Part shown: positions 8,869 to 17,084 of the stretch, piece by piece | How positions within the stretch are numbered: position 1 is the first letter of the stretch | Layout of the letters: the number at the start of each line of letters is the position of its first letter | Assembly (NCBI GenBank): GCA_965203535.1 | Contig: OZ241897.1 | Coordinates: 5,782,169-5,846,168, forward strand | Direction: 5' to 3' | From: Acidobacteriota bacterium | Lineage (GTDB): Bacteria > Acidobacteriota > UBA6911 > RPQK01 > JAJDTT01 | Length of the DNA stretch: 64,000 bases | Program-made: the position numbers and the translations under genes | Notes under the pieces: generated by a model | Seen by the model: only the letters and a program-made list of their open reading frames with translations | What the model was told of the DNA's origin: nothing | The model's database searches: none

Positions 8869-9981
8869 TCAGAGCTTGCTCAGGGCTTCCAGGACCGGCC
8901 AGAAGTTCAGTTGCCGGACCGAATGGCTGCGGTAGATGCCGACCCCGGAAGCTCCGTTGTCGACGGCGATCCGGCCGGCAGCCAGCATGGATTCCGGATC
9001 CTGAAAGCTTCCCGGGTGATAGCAGGAGAGCTCGACGATCACGGGAACGCGGCCGGCGGCCACGTCCACCACGTGGCGGACCTGCCGCCGGACCGCCTTC
9101 AGGTCCGAGTCGGTCCGGAACCAGAGGTAGAATTCGTCCAGCAGACCCTTCTCGATCCACGCCGGCCAGTCCTGCAGCACCTTGATGTAGTCTTCCGGCT
9201 CCCCGGCGATGATGGTGGTGGAAAGGACCGCCTGGGGGGAGGACCGCTTGATCCTCGCCCGGACCTCCGAGAGGAACAACGTGACGTAACCGGCGCGGAA
9301 TTGCATCCAGTCCGGATCGTCATTGGGCAGGTCGAAGGGGTCCTTGCCGAACCGGTCTCGAAACTCGGAGACGGTCCGTTCCTCGTAGCCGTAGGGCACG
9401 ACGCCGTTTTCGTCTTCATTGCCCAGAACGAACTCGACTTGGAGCCCGTCGGCGCGGGTGACCTCCAGGGCATCGACGAACATGTGCGCCTGGTGGTCCC
9501 GCACCTCGGGGAACGAGGCGCTCAGGTAGAGGTCCTGCCCCGGCTCCAGCGCATAGGAGCGGCTACGGGTCAGGCTCCGGTATTCCGGATGCCGGGCGGC
9601 GAAGTCGGACATCTCGGTATTGACGTACGGACCGTGGTAAATGGGCCGGTGCCCGTCCAGAATCGCCCGGGCCTGAACCGAATTCACAGGGGGCCGCAGA
9701 AAGTCCAGGGACCACCCGTAGGTCATCCGCGCGCTGCCGTGGCGGGGAAAGCCGTTGTAGTCCACGTAGGTGTCGAACTTCATCCCCGCCCGGCGCGCGG
9801 CCCGGGGCCGGGCCAACGTCCGCTCGCCGGCCGGCAGCACCCTGGCGCTGCCGTCGATGATCTTGGTGACACCGTGATCGGCGCATTTCCTCATCCATGC
9901 CGACAACAGGCGGCTGTCCTCGGTCCCTTCGGGGGAGCCGTCCACGTCGGGCGGACCCCAGAGCACGACGGATTCAGGCAC
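8869..9981 (-). CDS. Glycoside-hydrolase-like TIM-barrel protein (GHL10/DUF187-like, tentative)
   Basis: 370-aa ORF. Segments such as VPVIVELSCYHPGS and DYIKVLQDWPAWIEKGLLDEFYLWF resemble the YngK/GHL10 family. Immediately upstream of 7284..8867 with a 1-nt gap, so a likely operon. Confidence 0.4.
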   Translation of the reverse strand: MPESVVLWGPPDVDGSPEGTEDSRLLSAWMRKCADHGVTKIIDGSARVLPAGERTLARPRAARRAGMKFDTYVDYNGFPRHGSARMTYGWSLDFLRPPVNSVQARAILDGHRPIYHGPYVNTEMSDFAARHPEYRSLTRSRSYALEPGQDLYLSASFPEVRDHQAHMFVDALEVTRADGLQVEFVLGNEDENGVVPYGYEERTVSEFRDRFGKDPFDLPNDDPDWMQFRAGYVTLFLSEVRARIKRSSPQAVLSTTIIAGEPEDYIKVLQDWPAWIEKGLLDEFYLWFRTDSDLKAVRRQVRHVVDVAAGRVPVIVELSCYHPGSFQDPESMLAAGRIAVDNGASGVGIYRSHSVRQLNFWPVLEALSKL

Positions 9982-10205
9982 TTGCGGCCTCCTTCAAGAT
10001 GGTCTCAGACTGACACACCGAAACGCGAAATCTCAACCGGCGAACCGCCGGCGCCCATTCCATCGGGATCGATGGGCCCGGTACTCGGGCGCGCCCTCCG
10101 TGAATCCTCGAGGGGTCTCCGCTATATTCGCGGGGCGAATCCGACGATGAACGAAAGAATGGCCGTCGATAGACAGACTGCAGCGCGGCGAATGGAGTAT
10201 TCCCT

Positions 10206-11291
10206 TTGACGGAAATGTTCATGCTCGTCGGGTTCATCCTGGCGGCCTACTCCATCGTGGCCAACGACGCCATCCAGACCCTGGGGACGTTTCTCAGCTC
10301 AAACTCCCGCCGGCCCTGGTGGGTGTTGTGGATCTACGCCTGCGTGATTCTGCTGGCGGTGCTGGTGTACGGATGGCTGACCAACGAGGGCGACATCGCC
10401 TACGGGCGCCTTGAGCAGTTCCCGGAGCCCAAGGGAGGCATCACCTGGCTGCACGCCATTCCTCCCGTGTTCATCCTGTTGTTGACCCGGTACGGTGTGC
10501 CGGTCAGCACCACGTTCCTGGTGTTGACCGTCTTCGCCCCCACGAATCTGCTGAAGATCCTGACCAAGTCGCTGCTGGGCTACGGCGTCGCCATCGGCGT
10601 CGGGTTCGTCCTCTACCTGATTGTCGCCAACCTCCTCGAATCCCGCTTCATGGCGACGAAGAACCGGCCTCCCAGACCCTACGCCGTCGCGCTACAGTGG
10701 CTCGCGACCGCCTTTCTGTGGAGCCAGTGGCTGATCCAGGACCTGGCCAACATCTTCGTCTACCTGCCGCGCACGGCGGAGATCGACGTGCTTATTTTTG
10801 CCGCTGTCGTGATGCTGGTGCTTCACGCGGTCATCTTCAAGAACCGGGGGGGCCGGATTCAGGGAATCGTCACCTCCAAGACCAATACCACCGACATCCG
10901 CACGGCCACCCTCATCGACTTCATCTATGCGTCCATCCTCCTGTATTTCAAGGAGATGTCCAACATCCCCATGAGCACGACCTGGGTCTTTCTGGGATTG
11001 CTGGCGGGCCGCGAACTGGCGTTGGCCTTTCGGCTCCGGCACCGCACGATTTCGGAGTCGATCCTGCTCGCCGGCAAGGACGTGGGAAAGGCGGCCATCG
11101 GGTTGGCGGTCAGCGTTGCGCTGGCGATCGGGCTGCCCATCCTGGACCGCAGCCTGCAACAAGGCTTTTCCGCTTCCGCGACCGTAGTGGAACGAACCGG
11201 CGGCGTGTCCGCGGGAGACCCTGCGTCCGAAGGCGCCCCTCCGCACACCGAGGCCGAAACCGGCCCTGGATCAACTCCCCGGACTTGGTAG
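10206..11291 (+). CDS. Polytopic membrane protein, distantly PiT/PHO4 phosphate-transporter-like
   Basis: 361 aa with about 9 hydrophobic helices. N-terminal AYSIVANDAIQTLGTFLSS resembles the PiT GANDVANAFGT motif. The assignment is weak. Confidence 0.4.
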   Translation: MTEMFMLVGFILAAYSIVANDAIQTLGTFLSSNSRRPWWVLWIYACVILLAVLVYGWLTNEGDIAYGRLEQFPEPKGGITWLHAIPPVFILLLTRYGVPVSTTFLVLTVFAPTNLLKILTKSLLGYGVAIGVGFVLYLIVANLLESRFMATKNRPPRPYAVALQWLATAFLWSQWLIQDLANIFVYLPRTAEIDVLIFAAVVMLVLHAVIFKNRGGRIQGIVTSKTNTTDIRTATLIDFIYASILLYFKEMSNIPMSTTWVFLGLLAGRELALAFRLRHRTISESILLAGKDVGKAAIGLAVSVALAIGLPILDRSLQQGFSASATVVERTGGVSAGDPASEGAPPHTEAETGPGSTPRTW

Positions 11292-11312
11292 AGATCTCCG
11301 AAACGGTGGGAT

Positions 11313-12095
11313 TCAGCCGGAGGCGGAGTCCTCCAGTTCCCGCAGCCTGCTCACGCACTCGTTCAGGCCGATCTGGCCGAAATGCATGAGGTTGCCGACG
11401 TTTATGAAGCGGTAGCCTTGTTCGTAGGCCTTCCAACAGGCGTCAAACCCGGGGAACGTGATCCCGCTGGGCTTGCCGCAGGCGGCCGCGCGGGCGGGAA
11501 AGTTCTCCAGGCATTCCTGAACTTCCGGATGACCGATGTTCCCCAGGTGACCCATCGACGCCGAAATATCGGCGGGACCGGCGAACACCACGTCGACCCC
11601 CTCGACCTCGGCGATCCGCTCCAGGTTGGCCAGGCCCTCCGCCGTCTCCACCTGGACGATGACGCAGGTCTCCCGGTTGGCCGACTCCAGGTAGTCGTTG
11701 ATGTCCACGTCCAGCAGCATCGGCCAGACCGGACCCACGCCCCGGTTTCCCTCGGGAGGAAACTTGCAGTACTCAACGGCCAGGCGAGCCTGCTCCGCAT
11801 TGTCCACCTGGGGCACCATGATGCAACTGCAGCCCATGTCCAGGCCCTTCTTGATGAGGCCCGGATCCAGATTCGGAACCCGCAGCATGGCGTCCCGCCC
11901 CTCGAGGCGGCAAATGATGGGCACCATCTGGACCTCGTTGATCCCGAAAGGCCGATGTTCCGTGTCGATCCAGAGGAAGTCGATGCCTTGTTTGAGCGTG
12001 GCTTTGGCCAACAACTCGGAGGCGTCCGAAAGGGCCGATCCCCAGGCCGCCTTGCCTTCCCCCAGAAGTTTCTTGACCCGATTCTGAAGCATCAT
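11313..12095 (-). CDS. HpcH/HpaI-family 2-keto-3-deoxy-sugar-acid aldolase
   Basis: 260 aa. ...FLWIDTEHRPF... and VQVETAEGLANLERIAEVEGVDVVFAGPADISASMG are characteristic of HpcH/HpaI class II aldolases. Confidence 0.8.
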   Translation of the reverse strand: MMLQNRVKKLLGEGKAAWGSALSDASELLAKATLKQGIDFLWIDTEHRPFGINEVQMVPIICRLEGRDAMLRVPNLDPGLIKKGLDMGCSCIMVPQVDNAEQARLAVEYCKFPPEGNRGVGPVWPMLLDVDINDYLESANRETCVIVQVETAEGLANLERIAEVEGVDVVFAGPADISASMGHLGNIGHPEVQECLENFPARAAACGKPSGITFPGFDACWKAYEQGYRFINVGNLMHFGQIGLNECVSRLRELEDSASG

Positions 12096-12394
12096 TTCCT
12101 TTCCGGCCCTGTTGATTCGAGGACCTCAACGACCGGCTTCCTCCCGTCCGCCGGACAGGGCGCGCACTATAACAGCCCACGAAGAAAGTCGCCACGGCAT
12201 TCGATCATGAAGAACCCGGCGTTCTCCGACGGTGGTTTCTTGCCGCGCGCCGTTCGCCGGCAGGTCTCTGAACCGCTTTCGATTCGCGCTCCTGTTTCTT
12301 CATTCCCCCGATTTGGGTATGATTCCACTTCGATCAGCGTCGGGCTGAGAGTCCGGCGGCTTCTCACATCCTTTCGTTTTATTTAGGGGGATTT

Positions 12395-12790
12395 ATGCAG
12401 GATATACTGTCAAAGTACGCGAATGAGACCTACGCTCTGGTCCGGATCGTCTCCGGGTTTCTGTTCGCGTTCCATGGAGCCCAGAAGGTGCTGGGCCTCT
12501 TCGGCGGCGCCGGCGGAGACTCGGGTGCGGCGGCGCCCCTGATCAGCCTCATGGGGCTGGCCGGAATCGTCGAGCTGGTGGGAGGCCTTCTGATCGCCGT
12601 GGGACTCCTGACCAGTTGGGCCGCCTTCATCTCCAGCGGTCAGATGGCCGTGGCCTATTTCATGGCCCATCAGCCTCACGGATTGTGGCCGATCCAGAAC
12701 AAGGGCGAGCTGGCGGCCATCTACGCCTTTCTCTTCCTGTTCATCGCGGCCAAGGGCGCGGGAATCTGGAGCCTCGACAAGAAGGGTTGA
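12395..12790 (+). CDS. DoxX-family small membrane protein
   Basis: 131 aa. ALVRIVSGFLFAFHGAQK at the N-terminus and four hydrophobic helices fit the DoxX family. Confidence 0.7.
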   Translation: MQDILSKYANETYALVRIVSGFLFAFHGAQKVLGLFGGAGGDSGAAAPLISLMGLAGIVELVGGLLIAVGLLTSWAAFISSGQMAVAYFMAHQPHGLWPIQNKGELAAIYAFLFLFIAAKGAGIWSLDKKG

Positions 12791-12808
12791 GACTTCGGAC
12801 CGGACCCC

Positions 12809-14956
12809 CTACCGCGTCGCTTCGCGGGCGATCTTGCGGTAGACGTCCTGACCCTTGCGAAACAGGTCCACGACCTTCTGTTTCTGGGCCGCGTCCTTGA
12901 AGACCCCGTTGCGGTCGACCCGCTCCAGCAGCGCATCGATCTGCTCTATGAAATAGAGCGCATCCTCCCGAAAATGGATGCGGGACCCGTCCCGGTAACA
13001 GTAGACCGGACTGGTGTGGGCGTAGAGTTCCGTGTCGTTGGGCACCAGGCGATGGGCTCCACCGCGGACCCGAACGGCGATCCAGGCGCTCTCTTCCAGT
13101 TGGATTTCCCGTGACAAACTCGCCCGCATGCCGTCATCGGCAGCCTCCACCGTATAGACCGGTTTGCCGTTGACCACCACCTCCATGGTCTTCATGGGGA
13201 CATGGGAGACCGCCTGAGCCTCCACCCGAACCGTCTTGGAACCGGAACTCCATCGGATCTCCTCCCCCGCCCCCTTGCCGTCGACGCTGAATTCCACGAG
13301 GGGAGCGTTGGAAGCGAAGCTCCTGCCCTCCAGGTAGGCCTGGATCCACTTGTCATAAGTCAGTTGGGGCCCGGTATTCACGTAGACGCGCCCCGCGCCC
13401 GCCAGCAAGTGGTAGGGGACGTTCAGGAAACAGTCGGTCCCCGCCGAGATTCCGCAGCGGAAGCCCGAGTTGAGCAACCGGTACCAGTCCGCCGTGTTCT
13501 TCTCCTCGTTCCCCTGGCACATGACGTCGATGGTGTCGATGACTCCCAGGGCAATGTCCACCGGGTATTCCTGGGGCAGGCCCGGATGCACCTGGACGAC
13601 GGCCGCTCCCTGCTGCTTGGCGGCGGCCGCCAGGTAGTAATTGGGAGGATAGTCGTAAGGCTGATCGGTGCGGGGCCAACCGACATAGGAGGGATGGACG
13701 AACTCCGTGAGCTTCAGGAACGCCATGTGGCCGTAGACCCGCAGGTTTCTCATCTCCTGGTTCCAATAGAGGATGTAGTTCTTCTCCGAGAGGCGGTTGG
13801 GCTTCCCTTTGAAATAGACCAGGTCGGTGATGAATCCGTCCGTGTCGTTGCAGGCGAGGAGGTGCGGCACGTTCAGGTCTTCGGCCTTGGTGATCCGCAG
13901 CACGTCGTGAGGCCGGATCCGGGTGTCGGAGAAGAGGTTGGGGTGGATGTGGGTGTCTCCCGAGAACCAGCCCTTGGCCGCCATGTTGAAGGGCCGGTCC
14001 AGACGGGCCACGACCTCCTTCCGGCCGGACGCCGGCATCTGAAAGGTCGTACTGAAAGGCGCGTACTCCAATCCCTTGATCACCTCGAGCCGCGTCTCGC
14101 CTTGGGGAAGACTCACTGAGAATCCACCGTCGGTGTAGAAATAGTATTCGCCGCCGTAGGGCTGACCGTAGTCGGCGCTGGTGATCCGGGGAATGATCTC
14201 GTGCGGCGTGTGGCGCTTGCCATCGGCGCCGGTGAGATAGACGCGGGCGGGCGTCGGGAGACCGGTTTCATCCACGACTTTGACCCGCAGCAGGCTCATA
14301 TTCCTGAACCGAGCCGGGACCGAGACCCGGCCCGTGACGGAACCCGCGTCCACCTTGAGCACAAGCTCCGAGGCCTCCGGGCGGATGGGGGAGACGATCA
14401 GCCACGCGCCCGTGGTCTCCCCTCCCCTGAGACGGACGATCCGGGGCTCCACTTCCACGTCTTCGGAGCCGGAACCGATGGTCACGGTCGCCTCCGTGGC
14501 GCCGGCGTTTCGAATGATCACCGGGACTTCGGTTCCTGCGAACCCCAGCAGATCCAGTTTCGCGGGCGCCTCGATCAGGGTCACCGCGGAACCGACTTCG
14601 ATCTTGGTGAGCTGAGGACAGGTGAGGGACTCGTAGCTCTCGGTGGTGAACCGGACGATCTCCTCCAACGTCGGAGCCTCGGTGGCGGTGCCGTTCCAGC
14701 GCCGGTAGAAACTCCCGACCTTGCCCTTGAGGGTGCGCTGCAACCGGGCCACGCTGCGGTCGGTTTCGGTCCACTGCAGCAGGTGAATGGCGAACTCGGC
14801 CAGGTCCGAGAGCTGGCGGCCGATGACCGGATCCCCGATAAAGTCGGGGGCCGTGAACGGCACCAGGGTATTCGGCGGACCCTCGTGCCCGTCCAGGGAA
14901 AAGGTGGAGAAGCCAACGATGAAAACGAGTGAAGCGATGCCGAGCGTTCTTTTCAT
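12809..14956 (-). CDS. Secreted multi-domain protein: carboxypeptidase-regulatory-like beta-sandwich plus PHP/CehA-like metallohydrolase-like region (tentative)
   Basis: Likely start at the internal ATG (MKRTLGIASLVFIVGF signal peptide). The 26 upstream codons of the ORF-track call are encoded by the repeat hairpin at 15008-15036. LLRVKVVDETGLPTPARVYLTGADG resembles CarboxypepD_reg. GDTHIHPN and later His/Asp clusters are suggestive of a PHP-type metal site. Confidence 0.4.
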   Translation of the reverse strand: MKRTLGIASLVFIVGFSTFSLDGHEGPPNTLVPFTAPDFIGDPVIGRQLSDLAEFAIHLLQWTETDRSVARLQRTLKGKVGSFYRRWNGTATEAPTLEEIVRFTTESYESLTCPQLTKIEVGSAVTLIEAPAKLDLLGFAGTEVPVIIRNAGATEATVTIGSGSEDVEVEPRIVRLRGGETTGAWLIVSPIRPEASELVLKVDAGSVTGRVSVPARFRNMSLLRVKVVDETGLPTPARVYLTGADGKRHTPHEIIPRITSADYGQPYGGEYYFYTDGGFSVSLPQGETRLEVIKGLEYAPFSTTFQMPASGRKEVVARLDRPFNMAAKGWFSGDTHIHPNLFSDTRIRPHDVLRITKAEDLNVPHLLACNDTDGFITDLVYFKGKPNRLSEKNYILYWNQEMRNLRVYGHMAFLKLTEFVHPSYVGWPRTDQPYDYPPNYYLAAAAKQQGAAVVQVHPGLPQEYPVDIALGVIDTIDVMCQGNEEKNTADWYRLLNSGFRCGISAGTDCFLNVPYHLLAGAGRVYVNTGPQLTYDKWIQAYLEGRSFASNAPLVEFSVDGKGAGEEIRWSSGSKTVRVEAQAVSHVPMKTMEVVVNGKPVYTVEAADDGMRASLSREIQLEESAWIAVRVRGGAHRLVPNDTELYAHTSPVYCYRDGSRIHFREDALYFIEQIDALLERVDRNGVFKDAAQKQKVVDLFRKGQDVYRKIAREATR

Positions 14957-15007
14957 GATACCCGGGAGCGTAGCCCTACACCCGCAACCGGTCAAGACGG
15001 CACGCCG

Positions 15008-15036
15008 ACGGAGTGGGGGTTTTCCTACCCCCACTC
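15008..15036. repeat. Solo inverted copy of the GAGTGGGGGTAGGAAAACCCCCACTC hairpin module
   Basis: gagtgggggttttcctacccccactc is the reverse complement of the hairpin at 366-394 and 4012-4040. It sits in the 100-bp gap between two minus-strand genes. Confidence 0.6.
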
Positions 15037-15056
15037 CTCAGGGGTGACACTATGCC

Positions 15057-16538
15057 CTACGTGTCCATCAACCGATCGATGTCCGGATCCAGAACAGGGG
15101 GCCGCGACGCCAGGGAGATCCCGACGAAGAGGGTCAGCGACACCAGCAGCGAAATCGCGCCCGGATCGATGCCCCAGGGAACTTCGGCATCGAGCAGACG
15201 AAACGCGAAATTGATGGACAGGCTGACCAGAATGGCGGTCTTGGCGGCCAGCGCCGTGGCCCGCTTCCAGTTCAGTCCCAGGGCCACGACCGGGACCAGC
15301 GCCGCCGCGAAGGTTCCCCAACCGAAGGCCCCCAGAATGGCCACCAGGTCGCCGCTGTAGAGGGCGAAGACCGAAGCCACGGCGGCGATGATCACGGTGG
15401 CCGTCCGGGCCCAGAAGAGCTCGTTTCCCAGCGACCGGCCCCGGAGCGCCCGGGGAATATCGTGGACGACGGCGGCCGCGCCGATGTTCAGAAAGCCGTC
15501 GGCCGTGGACATGATGGCCGCGAAGAGGGCCGCGAAGACCAGCCCGGCCAGGACCGGCGGAACGTAGTGTGCGAGGAATTGAGGAGCAGCCGAATCGGCA
15601 CCCTCGAGCTCCGGATGCAACCCCCGGATCACCAGGGCCCGCATGGCCAGGCCGATGCTGATCCAGAGCAGCGCCGACACGGCGTAACCGAGGGCGGCCA
15701 CCGGCAGGATGGACTTGGCGTCCCGGACCCGCCGGTTCATCATCATCTTGGTGACGACGTGGGGTTGACCGGCGACCCCCAGGATGAAGAGCAGGTACCA
15801 GGACAGCCCCTGGAATGCTCCCATGGTTCCCCACGGGCTCATGGAGCCGGCGTCGTCGGCCGAGATGGTCGAGACGATCCCGTTCCAACCCCCGGGCGCC
15901 ACGTTGGCCGTGGCCAGGAAGACCAGCACGGCGGCGGCCACCATCACCAGTCCTTGCACCAGGTCCGTATAGACCGAGGCGATGATGCCTCCCGTCACGC
16001 AATAGAAGACCAGCACCGCGCAGGAAAAGGCCACGCAGGCTTCCATGCTGAAGACGCCGAGACCGGCGCCTGCGACCAGGTCGCGGAGCACCGTGGCCAT
16101 GGCCAGGATCTGCGTCGCCAGGTACCCCATGACACCCAGGAGAATGGCGAGCGCGGCCAGGAACCGGCATCCCTCGCTGCCGTATCGCGCCGCCACCGCA
16201 TCGGGCAGCGAGACCGGTTCCCTGAGCTCGGCCAGAAGCCGGATCCGCTTGGCCAGCAGCGCGAAACAGAGGACGTAGCCCAGGGGGATGCACATCACCA
16301 TCCAGACGGAGGTCATTCCCATCCGGTAGACCAGTCCGGGGCCGCCCACGAATCCGAACCCGCTCATGGTGCTGGAGAAGACGGCCAAGCCGGTGACCCA
16401 GACGCCGAGGTCCCGTCCGGCCATGAAGAAATCCCGCGTGGAGCGGGTCCGGCTCAGGGCCCAGAGCCCGACGGCGACGCACATCACCATGTACAAGCCC
16501 ACGAAGAGCAGGATCACCGAGCTTCGGGACAGATCCAT
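15057..16538 (-). CDS. Sodium:solute symporter (SSS family) transporter
   Basis: Start MDLSRSSVILLFVGLYMV at the ATG overlapping (ATGA) the upstream gene's stop. Multiple TM helices. SSS-family segments GRDLGVWVTGLAVFSSTMSGFGFVGGPGLVY and TDLVQGLVMVAAAVLVF. Confidence 0.8.
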   Translation of the reverse strand: MDLSRSSVILLFVGLYMVMCVAVGLWALSRTRSTRDFFMAGRDLGVWVTGLAVFSSTMSGFGFVGGPGLVYRMGMTSVWMVMCIPLGYVLCFALLAKRIRLLAELREPVSLPDAVAARYGSEGCRFLAALAILLGVMGYLATQILAMATVLRDLVAGAGLGVFSMEACVAFSCAVLVFYCVTGGIIASVYTDLVQGLVMVAAAVLVFLATANVAPGGWNGIVSTISADDAGSMSPWGTMGAFQGLSWYLLFILGVAGQPHVVTKMMMNRRVRDAKSILPVAALGYAVSALLWISIGLAMRALVIRGLHPELEGADSAAPQFLAHYVPPVLAGLVFAALFAAIMSTADGFLNIGAAAVVHDIPRALRGRSLGNELFWARTATVIIAAVASVFALYSGDLVAILGAFGWGTFAAALVPVVALGLNWKRATALAAKTAILVSLSINFAFRLLDAEVPWGIDPGAISLLVSLTLFVGISLASRPPVLDPDIDRLMDT

Positions 16539-17077
16539 CACCCGCTTCCCTTCCCTTTTCGGGATCGGACGAACCGGCGAAAGTGGCGGTCGGTCTCCTC
16601 CGTCAAGATCCAACGGTCGAAGCTGACGACGTACAGGATCACGAAGTAGATGGGCGGCAGGATCCAGAGGAAGAAGACCATCACCACGGTGGGCGGCGGG
16701 AACGACCAGAGAGAAGGCGCGACGGGATAGACGTGCGCCAGAATCATCCACGTAAAGATTCCGGCGTGGAGAAGGCCACCCAGCAACAGGGGAACCCGCA
16801 CCGGGCCCGAACCCTTTCGTCCCGACAGACCCAGGCCCAGGAGGCAGAGAAACACGGCGATCTGCAGCGCTCCCACCAGCCAGACGCCTGCCAGGAGAGG
16901 ATCATTGATCTCCCAACTCCAACCGCTGCGCTGCATGGTGGGAAACTGCGGATGGTCGACGGGTCCCCAGTTGCTCCTGGCGCCGTGCAGGATGAGGGCT
17001 CCCAGGACCAGGCTCAGCGCGGCAAGCAGAGCCAGGAGCATCCATGTCAGCCGAGTTCGCGAATCTCTATCGGACAT
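16538..17077 (-). CDS. Small polytopic membrane protein translationally coupled to the SSS transporter
   Basis: 179 aa with four or five hydrophobic helices. Its stop overlaps the symporter start. Possibly related to DUF4212-type symporter accessory subunits, but it is longer than those. Confidence 0.5.
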   Translation of the reverse strand: MSDRDSRTRLTWMLLALLAALSLVLGALILHGARSNWGPVDHPQFPTMQRSGWSWEINDPLLAGVWLVGALQIAVFLCLLGLGLSGRKGSGPVRVPLLLGGLLHAGIFTWMILAHVYPVAPSLWSFPPPTVVMVFFLWILPPIYFVILYVVSFDRWILTEETDRHFRRFVRSRKGKGSG

Positions 17078-17084
17078 TCCCGTA

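Noticed and set aside
14957-15034. 26-codon N-terminal extension (MGVGKPPLRRRAVLTG...) of the 12809..15034 ORF
   Set aside because: It is encoded by the repeat hairpin GAGTGGGGGTAGGAAAACCCCC and begins at a GTG. The downstream ATG gives a proper signal peptide.
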